A DNA stretch of 64,000 nucleotides from an uncultured SAR86 cluster bacterium. Its GTDB lineage: Bacteria; Pseudomonadota; Gammaproteobacteria; Magnimaribacterales; AG-339-G14. Below are positions 1 to 9,085 of the stretch, piece after piece (the stretch's first letter is position 1; every line of letters starts with the position of its first letter). Both the position numbers and the translations under genes were made by a program. The stretch is from positions 58,843-122,842 of the forward strand of contig CABYXE010000001.1 in assembly GCA_902522825.1 (NCBI GenBank), written 5' to 3'. The notes under the pieces are model-generated. The model was not told the DNA's origin. It ran no database searches and saw only the letters and a list, made by a program, of their open reading frames with translations.

Positions 1-2
1 TA

Positions 3-626
3 TTAAAATTTTTACCGGGACCAGGGCAGTGGATGGAAAGTTTCAAAAAATTTATGGCAATTCCTATGGCCCTTACAGCGCTTTGGCTAATTTGGGTTTT
101 GAGTAACCAAATAACGGAAGCTGAATTATTGAGAGTAATTATTGGTATATCTATTATTTTAGTTTTAATTTTATTAAACAATTCGAAAAATATTATTTCT
201 GTAAATAACAAATATAACTATCCTTTGATAATTATTTCTCTTATGAGCCTTATCTACTTAACGCCCAAAAATAATGACTACTTAATGGATGACCAGCTTT
301 TTTCAACAAATGAATTATACGAAAAAATAAATGAAGGGCCTGTTTTTTTAAATTTTACTGCTGATTGGTGTATCACTTGTAAAGTTAATGAGAAAGTTGC
401 TTTAGATAATAAAGTCTTCAAAGATTTTATAAATTCAAAAAATATTTCTTACATTAAAGCTGACTGGACTAATAGAAACGATGAGATTTCTTCTCTTTTA
501 GAGTCTTTTGGAAGAAGTGGTATACCCCTTTATGTTTTTTATCCCTCAAAAGATAGGCAGCCGATTATATTGCCTGAAGTTCTTACCGAAAAAATAGTTA
601 TCAAATATCTGAGTGAAGAGTATTAA
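3..626 (+). CDS. dsbD: Protein-disulfide reductase DsbD family, C-terminal part (5' end outside window)
   Basis: Frame is open from the window start (LKFLPGPGQWME, matching the DsbD LPxPGxWM motif). TM helices are followed by a thioredoxin domain with FTADWCITCK, ADWT and GIPLY. Confidence 0.85.
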   Translation, partial: LKFLPGPGQWMESFKKFMAIPMALTALWLIWVLSNQITEAELLRVIIGISIILVLILLNNSKNIISVNNKYNYPLIIISLMSLIYLTPKNNDYLMDDQLFSTNELYEKINEGPVFLNFTADWCITCKVNEKVALDNKVFKDFINSKNISYIKADWTNRNDEISSLLESFGRSGIPLYVFYPSKDRQPIILPEVLTEKIVIKYLSEEY

Positions 627-1138
627 GCAACAATATATTCTTGCCATTCAGGTGAGATAATTTTTCCAGTCACCATTTCTTGACCTCTAATTAATTCTCT
701 ATAGGACGGCTTTTCAGCTTTTGGGAGAACTTTGGGTATATTATCTGCCTTTTTTAAATTACAACTCTTGCAGGAAGTGGTTACATTTTCCCAAGAAGTA
801 ATTCCGCCCTTACTTTTAGGTATCAAGTGATCTATTGTTAATTCTTTTTTTTCAAAAACATCTTTGCAATACTGACAAGTAAACATATCTCTTAAAAATA
901 CATTTGATCTTGAAAATTTTACTTTTTTAGAAAACTTATGAAATTTTCTTAGCATGACAATGCTTGGAACTTTAAAGGAAGTTGAAGGCGATCTTACTAT
1001 CCAGTCTGGATACTCCTTAATGATTATTACATTTCTTGTAATAACTAATTTTACCGCTGTTTTCCAATCAACAGATGATAAAGGAAAGTAACTTAAAGGC
1101 TTTCCGTCTCCATTTAGAATCAAACAATCCTGTGACAT
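623..1138 (-). CDS. HNH endonuclease (McrA-like)
   Basis: RDMFTCQYC, TIDHLIPKSKGG, WENVTTSCKSCN. ATG at 1138 preferred over the TTG at 1153. Confidence 0.9.
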   Translation of the reverse strand: MSQDCLILNGDGKPLSYFPLSSVDWKTAVKLVITRNVIIIKEYPDWIVRSPSTSFKVPSIVMLRKFHKFSKKVKFSRSNVFLRDMFTCQYCKDVFEKKELTIDHLIPKSKGGITSWENVTTSCKSCNLKKADNIPKVLPKAEKPSYRELIRGQEMVTGKIISPEWQEYIVA

Positions 1139-1217
1139 ATCTAAATAATACAAGAAAAATTGTTTTTTTTTAAATAGTTAAATCTATTTAATATTTCTAT
1201 CTTTATTTTAATAGATA

Positions 1218-2246
1218 GTGATAGAATTCACGCCAATGGAGTTTCTAGGTAGTAATATCCTCTCCATAGATCAGTTTGATAGGAAGGATATAGATTTAAT
1301 TTTTAAAACTGCTGATCAGCTTTTCCCTTTTGCATCTCGACAAAAAATTACCAGAGTCTTACAAGGTGCTATTTTAAGTAACATGTTTTTTGAACCTAGC
1401 ACTAGAACTAGAATAAGCTTTGGTAGTGCATTTAACATGCTTGGAGGTGAAGTAAGAGAAACTACTGAGGTAGAAGCTACTTCTTTGGCTAAAGGAGAAT
1501 CTTTATATGATACTTCTAGAGTGCTAAGTGGTTATAGCGATGTGATTGTAATGCGTCACCCTTTAGCTGGTTCTGTTGCAGAGTTTGCTAAAGCATCAAG
1601 AGTTCCCGTGATTAATGGAGGAGATGGCGATAACGAACATCCTAGTCAGGCTCTACTTGATCTTTTTACAATTAAAAAGGAATTAGAGTCTCATAAAAAA
1701 AACATAGAATCGTCTCGTATCGCTCTAATTGGAGATTTAAAATTCGGCCGGGCAGTTCATTCCTTGTGTAAGGTTCTTATGCTTTATGAAAATATTTCTA
1801 TAAAACTGGTTTCTCCAAATGAATTAAAACTGCCTAATTTTTTAGTCGGTGAACTTAAAAAAAGAAATATTTCTATCCTTGAAACTCAAGATATTAAGGA
1901 AGGAATAGCTGATGTCGATATTCTTTATATGACTCGCATTCAAGAGGAAAGATTTAATAACTCTTCTGAAGCTAGCAAGTACAAAGGTCTCATGTCTCTT
2001 AATCAAGAGATTTATACAAAAAACTGTGAACCCAACACCGTCATCATGCATCCTTTGCCTAGGGATTCAAGAAAAGATGCAAACGAACTAGATGAAGATT
2101 TAAATCAAAATCCTAATTTGGCAATATATCGACAAACAGATAATGGTCTCCTTATTAGAATGGCTCTGTTTTCTCTTATCCTGGGTGTTGCCGATAAAAT
2201 TGAAGATACAGCCTCCTCTGTCGACTGGTTTTCTAACAAATCCTAA
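1218..2246 (+). CDS. pyrB: Aspartate carbamoyltransferase
   Basis: FFEPSTRT, HPSQALLD, GDLKFGR and HPLPR motifs. Confidence 0.95.
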   Translation: MIEFTPMEFLGSNILSIDQFDRKDIDLIFKTADQLFPFASRQKITRVLQGAILSNMFFEPSTRTRISFGSAFNMLGGEVRETTEVEATSLAKGESLYDTSRVLSGYSDVIVMRHPLAGSVAEFAKASRVPVINGGDGDNEHPSQALLDLFTIKKELESHKKNIESSRIALIGDLKFGRAVHSLCKVLMLYENISIKLVSPNELKLPNFLVGELKKRNISILETQDIKEGIADVDILYMTRIQEERFNNSSEASKYKGLMSLNQEIYTKNCEPNTVIMHPLPRDSRKDANELDEDLNQNPNLAIYRQTDNGLLIRMALFSLILGVADKIEDTASSVDWFSNKS

Positions 2247-3505
2247 CTAACCCTAGGCAAATCATTCCAGCTTGTCGTGTATCTGGGAGACTGCATTTCT
2301 CTTTTCATTGACCACTCTTTTTTTATTCCCTGAGCTAAAAAAGTTATCGGTCCTAAACTAGTACGATTTATTTTATCAACCATTTGCATTAATTTTTTAT
2401 CAATATTCTTTCGTTCTTGGCTATTGAATAAATCTAACTGAGAAACTCCTTCGTCGTAAAAATCACTCAGCATTATTCCTGCTTTGTTGTATTGAAAATC
2501 ATTTCTATATACTTGATCTATACCTTGCTTTGCTGCTTTTATTAAATCTCTTGAATCGTTTGTTGGCAGAATAAAAGGCACCGAAACAATCTCCCTGTGC
2601 TGTATGTCCTGTTTTCGAAATGGATTTGTTCTAATAAAGACAGATAGTACTTTGCAGGTTTGATTCTCTTTTCTCAATTTTATAGCTGCTCGAGCAGCAT
2701 AATCACTTACGGCCTCGTGTAGCATTTTTAAATTTGTTACGCGACTATTAAAGGTCCTGCTTACAACAATTTGTTTTTTCGTGGGAGCTTCCTCTTCTAA
2801 ATCAATACAGACTTCTCCTCGTAATTCTCTAACTGTTTTAGCTAAAACTATATTAAATTTACTTCTGATGAAGTTCAGATCTAATTGAGATAACTCATAT
2901 GCATTCTTAATGCCTATGCCACTTAGATGTTGGTGCAGTTTTCTACCAACTCCCCATACTTCTTGTACTGGCATTAACTTCATCAACTTAATTTGTCTTT
3001 CTTTTGAAGATAAATCTACGACTCCATGAGTTTGAGGATATTTCTTAGCTCCGTAACTTGCAACTTTGGCTAAAGTTTTTGTAGGACCAATTCCTACCCT
3101 AACTGGCATACCTGTCCATTTTTTTATAGTATCTAAACAATCCTTCCCAAAAGTATTAAGGCTTAGACAATTACTAACGCCAGATAAATCTAAGAATGCC
3201 TCATCAATACTGTAAATTTCTACACGCGGAGATAACTGCTCAAGAATATCCATAATCCTAGATGAAATATCTGCATAGAGTTCATAGTTTGAAGAAAAAG
3301 CAATTCCCCCTTTTTGTTTATATTCTTTTTCTATTTTGAACCAAGGATCGCACATTTTAATACCTAAACCTTTGGCTTCTTTTGATAGAGCAACTACGCA
3401 ACCGTCATTATTAGATAATACAACTACAGGTTTATTTTTTAGATCGGGTCTGAATACACGCTCACAAGAAGCATAGAAACTATTGCAATCAACTAAAGCA
3501 AACAC
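2243..3505 (-). CDS. umuC: Y-family DNA polymerase V subunit UmuC
   Basis: MFALVDCNSFYASCE, YSIDEAF, C-terminal SPRYTT motif; directly downstream of umuD. Confidence 0.95.
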   Translation of the reverse strand: MFALVDCNSFYASCERVFRPDLKNKPVVVLSNNDGCVVALSKEAKGLGIKMCDPWFKIEKEYKQKGGIAFSSNYELYADISSRIMDILEQLSPRVEIYSIDEAFLDLSGVSNCLSLNTFGKDCLDTIKKWTGMPVRVGIGPTKTLAKVASYGAKKYPQTHGVVDLSSKERQIKLMKLMPVQEVWGVGRKLHQHLSGIGIKNAYELSQLDLNFIRSKFNIVLAKTVRELRGEVCIDLEEEAPTKKQIVVSRTFNSRVTNLKMLHEAVSDYAARAAIKLRKENQTCKVLSVFIRTNPFRKQDIQHREIVSVPFILPTNDSRDLIKAAKQGIDQVYRNDFQYNKAGIMLSDFYDEGVSQLDLFNSQERKNIDKKLMQMVDKINRTSLGPITFLAQGIKKEWSMKREMQSPRYTTSWNDLPRVS

Positions 3506-3511
3506 GCTTAA

Positions 3512-3940
3512 TTAAAATTGATTTATTGCAGCTAATACGACTCCCATAATTTCAAGATCTTCATCTTCTTCTATTTTTATAGGTGGGTATTTAATATTTT
3601 CAGAAAGTAAGAAAGGTTCCGGAAATAATTGTAATTTTTTACATGCATAAGAGCCATTGACTGAGGCAATTACTATTTTACCATGTTGAGGCTCCACGCT
3701 TCTATCTACTACCAATATAGCGCCATCATTTATACCTGCATTAATCATTGAATCACCGCTAGCTCTAACTAAATAAGTAGCCGCTGCATTGCTAACCAAA
3801 TATTCATTTAAATCTATTGGACGTTCTACATAATCATCTGCTGGACTTGGCCAACCAACTTTTACTTTTTCAGTGAAGATTGGAAGTTTAATTGAGCTTT
3901 TATTTACATCGGCAAGGTGGCCTAAATTTTTAACATTCAT
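3512..3940 (-). CDS. umuD: Pol V subunit UmuD (S24 peptidase)
   Basis: GWPSPADDY, GDSM (catalytic Ser), CKKL (catalytic Lys). Confidence 0.93.
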   Translation of the reverse strand: MNVKNLGHLADVNKSSIKLPIFTEKVKVGWPSPADDYVERPIDLNEYLVSNAAATYLVRASGDSMINAGINDGAILVVDRSVEPQHGKIVIASVNGSYACKKLQLFPEPFLLSENIKYPPIKIEEDEDLEIMGVVLAAINQF

Positions 3941-3952
3941 CTAAATTATTTT

Positions 3953-3972
3953 TACTGTATATATATACAGTA
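3953..3972. promoter_or_regulatory. LexA (SOS) box overlapping the umuDC promoter
   Basis: Perfect palindrome TACTGTATATATATACAGTA, equal to the E. coli consensus CTG-N10-CAG (3955-3970). Minus-strand -35 TTGCAA (3996-3991) and -10 TATACT (3974-3969), 16-nt spacer. Confidence 0.92.
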
Positions 3973-4007
3973 TATTTAAAATGTCTTAGATTGCAACTAA
4001 AAGATAA

Positions 4008-4205
4008 CTAAAACCCTTCATCTTCCTGCGTCGCTAAAATTGAAATGTCCTCACCAAAAATTTCAGTTTTAATAAGGATAGGATGACAGCAAACTGAACA
4101 ATCTTCGGTATAAGTTTGTGACTCGCTAGGATCTACTAAAACTGGAATTAATTCCCAGCAAAATGGACAGGTAATATCTTTTTCGACAAGCTCATGAAAG
4201 CTCAT
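4008..4205 (-). CDS. CPXCG-motif-type small cysteine-rich protein
   Basis: CPFCWE...[12 protein letters not shown] pattern. ATG at 4205 lies just after the coq7 stop. Confidence 0.8.
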   Translation of the reverse strand: MSFHELVEKDITCPFCWELIPVLVDPSESQTYTEDCSVCCHPILIKTEIFGEDISILATQEDEGF

Positions 4206-4210
4206 TGGGC

Positions 4211-4726
4211 CTATATAACTTTTGCAACTTTCACGGCAAAAGCTGATCCACCTCCAACTATTTTGATCCAAATTTTTAAAAAGAACCCAGGAGTAAGTTG
4301 TTTTTTATGCCCAGATTCAAGTTTGTGTTCAATCTCATCGTCTTGGCAGGACTGTAAAAGATCAATTAGAGACGTGTCAGGATTAGGTTGAGCTCTTAAA
4401 TACTTCAATTGATCTTCGTAATGTTCCTCGACAAAAGCTTCTACTGCTTCTATGGTTGCAAAGACAATTTTTGAACTAACTAAAGCAGGTAAAAATCCCA
4501 ATAAAAATCCAGCTATTTTCCACAAGCCAACTAACTTGCTACGTTTATCTGCTGACAATACTTCCTCTATCTTTCGAAGATGCTCTTTTTCAGTGGCTAA
4601 ATGACGAGTTGAGAACTCTACTAATTCTGGATCTTTAGCAATAGTAAGAATGCCTTTATAAATATAAACAGCGCCAACCTCTCCAGCATGGTCAGATCTT
4701 AAAAAAGATTCAAGTAACTTATTCAT
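4211..4726 (-). CDS. coq7: Demethoxyubiquinone hydroxylase (Coq7) family di-iron protein
   Basis: [28 protein letters not shown] and DEIEH di-iron motifs. Confidence 0.8.
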   Translation of the reverse strand: MNKLLESFLRSDHAGEVGAVYIYKGILTIAKDPELVEFSTRHLATEKEHLRKIEEVLSADKRSKLVGLWKIAGFLLGFLPALVSSKIVFATIEAVEAFVEEHYEDQLKYLRAQPNPDTSLIDLLQSCQDDEIEHKLESGHKKQLTPGFFLKIWIKIVGGGSAFAVKVAKVI

Positions 4727-4771
4727 AATTAAATAATAGAGTAGAAGAAAGTTATAAGGAAATTAAAATTT

Positions 4772-5038
4772 TTAAATATTTGCTTTAACTATTCTAAATT
4801 CCCTCCAGTTGTTTACTAATCCTCGATAATTAATGTAAACCCATATTGGAGTTGCCGCTAATAACCACCATAGTTCCGTAGCAATTAAAAGATAAGAGCC
4901 AGGGATAAACCCTAATGACCCTATTACAAAACCATAAAAACGAATTTTTGCATTCAAACTCGTAAGTAAATAGATACAAGCAAAGGCAAATATTTGATCA
5001 AATATTTGTGCTGTATTAAATATGTTTATCTCAAACAT
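4772..5038 (-). CDS. Small hypothetical membrane protein
   Basis: 88 aa with 2-3 hydrophobic segments; strong AGGAGG Shine-Dalgarno upstream. Confidence 0.7.
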   Translation of the reverse strand: MFEINIFNTAQIFDQIFAFACIYLLTSLNAKIRFYGFVIGSLGFIPGSYLLIATELWWLLAATPIWVYINYRGLVNNWREFRIVKANI

Positions 5039-5060
5039 AAGAGACCTCCTAAATGAAAAG

Positions 5061-5137
5061 TGGTAGACGTGAGTGGATTCGAACCACCGACCCTCTCGAT
5101 GTCACCGAGATACTCTAACCAACTGAGCTACACGTCT
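5061..5137 (-). tRNA. tRNA-Val(GAC)
   Basis: Cloverleaf AGACGTG...CACGTCT-A-CCA; anticodon arm TCTCG-GTGACAT-CGAGA; T-loop TTCGAAT. Confidence 0.95.
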
Positions 5138-5181
5138 AGATTGGATGTATATTCTAATGGAAAATCATTAAGAAGATAAAC

Positions 5182-5508
5182 TTAGCCAAATATTTTGAAG
5201 CGCCAAAATATAAGAAATGCAATTGGTCTATAACAAAATTTAGCTATTTGAAGGATTATAGGTAGTTTTGTTATTTTTGCTAACCAGTTGTATCCTTTAG
5301 TGTTTGACCAAACATAAATAAAAGCATCGACACCCTTTAGCTCAGTTCCATCTGAAAACTGTACATACAATGCCTTCAAATATTTATCTTCCATTTCGCT
5401 GCAATCTTTAAAGTTTAATGTAGAGCGTTTTTTATAATGCTTTATTTCAAAGTTACAGATACTGCACTTTTCGTTAAATAAAACTTTACCTTTTTCCGTT
5501 GGAGTCAT
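5182..5508 (-). CDS. DCC1-like thiol-disulfide oxidoreductase (DUF393)
   Basis: N-terminal FNEKCSIC (DxxCxxC-like) and GVDAF..W motif. Confidence 0.75.
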   Translation of the reverse strand: MTPTEKGKVLFNEKCSICNFEIKHYKKRSTLNFKDCSEMEDKYLKALYVQFSDGTELKGVDAFIYVWSNTKGYNWLAKITKLPIILQIAKFCYRPIAFLIFWRFKIFG

Positions 5509-5509
5509 A

Positions 5510-6574
5510 TCAGTTTATGCTTTCTACAAATTCTATAATTTTTCTAGCTTCATCTTCGATTGAATAATTTTCTACTATATTTTTATTAGCATTAACTCCC
5601 ATTTCTTTTGTTTTGTCATTATTTGAAATTAATTCTTCTAGTTTTAGCTCTGTAAGTTCTAGATTGTCAGTTGGAACACAAAAACCATCAATATTATCTC
5701 TTATGATTTCCTTCCATGCTCCCTCTTCGCTCGTAATAACTGCCGCTCCAGAGGCCATTCCTTCTAAAGGAGTTAAACCATAACCCTCATTTCTACTTAA
5801 AGCCGCAACAACCTTCATGCCTTGAAAAATTTTTGGTAATTCATCAAATGATTGTTTACCAATGAATATAATTCTTTTTGTTAAATTAGCCGATTTAATC
5901 TTATCCATCATTTTTTGTTTATATAAATAATCTTTAGGAATGCATTCACCACAAATAATGATTGTAACTTCTGGATGATTTGGTAAAAGATTTATGCCTG
6001 CATCAACTAAGATATCTATACCTTTTGAATGTCTAACTCGGCCAAAAATACCTATACCAAACTCTCCTACATAGCCTAATGCTTGCCAAGCAGCTTCTTT
6101 ATTTTCGGGCATTTTAAATCTATTAATATCTATTCCATGGGGAATCACCCTATCCACTTTTCTTGATACTAAATATGAAGCAGCTTTATTTGAGGTGCTA
6201 ACAAGAGCATCCATTCTTTGCATTAACCATTTGGTAAAATTAGTATGAGTTCTTTGTGCTGATGAGGAGAAAATTATTTTTAATTTCGCACCAAAGAACC
6301 ACTTAGCAATTAAAGCCTGAATCATTTCATCATTCCTACGAGCATAGAAAATTCTTGGTTTCCCATTTATAGTTTTTGTTCTAGCAATCCTTAAAAAATT
6401 CAAAAATGATATGCTATTTATATTATCTGGAACAAAATGTTTTCCTACAACAACTAGCGGTTTGAGCTCCACTTGGTATTCAAGAAGTTGGAGCATGATA
6501 GATGTACCACCTGAAAATTTTCTACTAGAATTTCCAATAAGCAGCTCTATTTTAGAAAACTCATCATTATTCAT
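5510..6574 (-). CDS. Glycosyltransferase family 4, LpcC/LpsB-like LPS core mannosyltransferase
   Basis: ARRNDEM, SAQRTHT, FGRVRHSKG and EGYGLTPLEGMASG motifs. Confidence 0.85.
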   Translation of the reverse strand: MNNDEFSKIELLIGNSSRKFSGGTSIMLQLLEYQVELKPLVVVGKHFVPDNINSISFLNFLRIARTKTINGKPRIFYARRNDEMIQALIAKWFFGAKLKIIFSSSAQRTHTNFTKWLMQRMDALVSTSNKAASYLVSRKVDRVIPHGIDINRFKMPENKEAAWQALGYVGEFGIGIFGRVRHSKGIDILVDAGINLLPNHPEVTIIICGECIPKDYLYKQKMMDKIKSANLTKRIIFIGKQSFDELPKIFQGMKVVAALSRNEGYGLTPLEGMASGAAVITSEEGAWKEIIRDNIDGFCVPTDNLELTELKLEELISNNDKTKEMGVNANKNIVENYSIEDEARKIIEFVESIN

Positions 6575-6582
6575 TGTTCTGC

Positions 6583-6590
6583 ATTATAAT
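6583..6590. promoter_or_regulatory. Palindromic ATTATAAT giving TATAAT -10 boxes on both strands
   Basis: 22-bp gap between divergent genes. TATAAT lies 6 nt before the hflX ATG and 8 nt before the glycosyltransferase ATG. Confidence 0.55.
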
Positions 6591-6596
6591 CTTTGC

Positions 6597-7898
6597 ATGC
6601 AAGATCGTGAAAAATTTACGCAAAATGCCATCTTAGTTCAAATAGAACTTTTCAAACTCAAAACTAAAGATTCTCAAAAAAATTCGCTTTTAGAGTTTAA
6701 AGAATTGGCTCTTTCTTCTGGTGCAAGGATTTTTGGAGAAATTACTGGAAAGCAAGATAGGCCTTCGGCAAAATATTATTTGAAGCAGGGAAAAGCTGAA
6801 GAAGTAAAAAAAATTATCGAAAGTAAAAATGCTGAGTTAGTAATTTTTAATCATGACCTTTCTCCCTCTCAAGAACGAAATTTAGAAAAATTTCTTGGGG
6901 CAAGAGTGTTAGACAGGACTGGGTTAATTTTAGATATTTTTGCTCGAAGAGCGTCAAGTCATATAGGAAAGCTACAAGTTGAACTTGCTCAACTTAAACA
7001 TCTCTCTACTAGGTTAGTAAGAGGATGGAGTCACTTAGAAAGACAAAAAGGAGGTATAGGTTTAAGAGGGCCAGGTGAGACTCAGCTAGAAACGGATAGA
7101 CGTTTAATTGCTAACCGAATCAAATCAATAAATAAGAAATTAGATAGATCTCATAGCCAAAGGTCAGTAAATAGATACTCAAGAAAAAAAAGTAAAAATA
7201 AATTAGTTTCTTTAATTGGTTATACCAATGCTGGAAAAACTTCTTTATTCAACAAATTAACAGGGCAAAATCTATATGCTGCAGACATGCCCTTTGCTAC
7301 TCTTGATGCAACTACGAGAAAAAATACCACTCCTGGGATAGACTCAATTTTATTTTCAGATACGGTAGGATTCATATCAGACCTACCAACACAATTAATA
7401 GAATCATTCAAAGGCACGCTAGATGAGTTAAGGTCTGCTGATCTTCTTCTTCATGTAGTAGACACCTCAGATTCCGATGCTGACTTTAAAAAAACACAAG
7501 TGAACAAATTACTTAAAGATCTCAAGGCTGACTCAATTCCTCAATTAATGGTTAATAATAAGTGCGATCTTACGAATGTTGATGATCTAATAATTCCAAA
7601 AGTAAATGATTTTGAATCATGGGTATCTGCAAAAGAAAATACAGGCATTGAAGATCTTAAAGAAAAAATTAATAATCATTTCAATGAAGGAATTTATAAA
7701 GGCTGGATATCAATTGATTCATCAGCAGGGAAATTAAGATCACGACTTTTTGCTTTAGGCTGTGTTGACGAAGAAAAGATTTCTAACGAACAGATTTATT
7801 TATCTATAACAATGGGAATAAAACTATTAAATGAGTTCATGCAGAATGAAGATCTTCAACTTATCGAAATAGACACAACTGCTTCAAAAGTTTCTTAA
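6597..7898 (+). CDS. hflX: GTPase HflX
   Basis: GPGETQLETDRR, GYTNAGKT, FATLD, DTVGF, NKCD. Start reassigned to ATG 6597 because the longer ORF overlaps the divergent gene. Confidence 0.95.
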   Translation: MQDREKFTQNAILVQIELFKLKTKDSQKNSLLEFKELALSSGARIFGEITGKQDRPSAKYYLKQGKAEEVKKIIESKNAELVIFNHDLSPSQERNLEKFLGARVLDRTGLILDIFARRASSHIGKLQVELAQLKHLSTRLVRGWSHLERQKGGIGLRGPGETQLETDRRLIANRIKSINKKLDRSHSQRSVNRYSRKKSKNKLVSLIGYTNAGKTSLFNKLTGQNLYAADMPFATLDATTRKNTTPGIDSILFSDTVGFISDLPTQLIESFKGTLDELRSADLLLHVVDTSDSDADFKKTQVNKLLKDLKADSIPQLMVNNKCDLTNVDDLIIPKVNDFESWVSAKENTGIEDLKEKINNHFNEGIYKGWISIDSSAGKLRSRLFALGCVDEEKISNEQIYLSITMGIKLLNEFMQNEDLQLIEIDTTASKVS

Positions 7899-9016
7899 AT
7901 ACTTTGAGCTGCAATTTTTGCTTTTTGTATCCTTTCCTTTCTTCGAGTTTTATCATTGACCTGACCAACTAATTGCCCGCAAGCTGCCATAATATCGTCT
8001 CCTCTAGTTGATCTTATGGTTGTAACATAGCCTCTTTTTACTAAATAATCTTTAAATTTTCTTACTCTGTTACCTGAGGGTTGAAGGTAGTCTGATTCGT
8101 CAAATTCGTTAAAAGGAATTAAATTAATCTTGCATTTAATCTGTGAAAGTAGATCTGCCAACTCTTTTGCTAACTCTAGTGTGTCGTTAACCCTGTCAAT
8201 CAATATATATTCAAAAGTAGTTACTCTTTTATCGTTACACCCTTCTACATAATCTTTGACAGAACTTAATAGCTCTTGGATTGGATATTTTTTGTTTACT
8301 GGAACTAAAATATTTCTTAATTCATCATTCGGCGCGTGCAAAGAAATAGTGAGAGAAACATCTGAAACTTTTGATAGTTTGTTTATTTCAGGAACTAAAC
8401 CCGAAGTACTTAATGTAACTTTCCTTTTAGACAATCCATAAGCATTTTCATTAAGCATGATATCCATTGCGGAAACTACTGGATTAAAATTATGGAGAGG
8501 CTCTCCCATACCCATCATTACAATATTAGTAATGTTTTTATCATTTCCTATTCTTGGTATACCGAAAGAATTTGCTGCCAACCAAACTTGACCAATTATC
8601 TCCGAAGCAGTTAGATTTCTTGAAAAACCCTGCTTGCCAGTTGCACAAAAACTACAATTGATTGCGCAACCTACTTGAGAAGAAACACACAAGGTAGCTC
8701 TATTTCCTTCTGGAATTAAAACCATTTCAATTGAGTCATGCTCACCAACATCTAGAACCCATTTCTTGGTTCCGTCATCAGATAATTTTTCGTAAGAAAT
8801 ACTTGGTGCTTTTATATAAAAACTATCATTAAGCAAAGATCTTAATTCTTTAGAAAAATCTGTCATTTGATCAAAGTTTGATATTCCTCTTTGATGAATC
8901 CATTTAAGAGCTTGCTTAGCTCTATATGGCTTTTGATTAAGATTTAAAAAAAGCTCCTCCAATTCCGGCAAAGTTTTTCCCAAGATATTTATCTTTTTAT
9001 CAATTGCAGAGTCCAT
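7895..9016 (-). CDS. rlmN: 23S rRNA/tRNA m2A methyltransferase RlmN
   Basis: CVSSQVGCAINCSFC radical-SAM motif, MGMGEPL, AACGQL. Confidence 0.95.
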   Translation of the reverse strand: MDSAIDKKINILGKTLPELEELFLNLNQKPYRAKQALKWIHQRGISNFDQMTDFSKELRSLLNDSFYIKAPSISYEKLSDDGTKKWVLDVGEHDSIEMVLIPEGNRATLCVSSQVGCAINCSFCATGKQGFSRNLTASEIIGQVWLAANSFGIPRIGNDKNITNIVMMGMGEPLHNFNPVVSAMDIMLNENAYGLSKRKVTLSTSGLVPEINKLSKVSDVSLTISLHAPNDELRNILVPVNKKYPIQELLSSVKDYVEGCNDKRVTTFEYILIDRVNDTLELAKELADLLSQIKCKINLIPFNEFDESDYLQPSGNRVRKFKDYLVKRGYVTTIRSTRGDDIMAACGQLVGQVNDKTRRKERIQKAKIAAQSI

Positions 9017-9085
9017 TTTAAAGTTAAATTTTGAGAATATTGGAGATAGAGGTTAAGAGGTCTCTATAGAAACTAAATTACATAA

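Noticed and set aside
4206-4271. N-terminal extension of the cysteine-rich ORF, and antisense ORF 4194-4391
   Set aside because: Both overlap coq7 and have no motifs; shadow frames.
6411-6596. 62-aa N-terminal extension of HflX in the ORF track
   Set aside because: Overlaps the divergent glycosyltransferase antisense; ATG 6597 gives a normal-length HflX.
9046-9067. Hairpin ATAGAG...CTCTAT between the EthA-like gene and rlmN
   Set aside because: Short weak stem with no U-tract; cannot be supported as a terminator or ncRNA.
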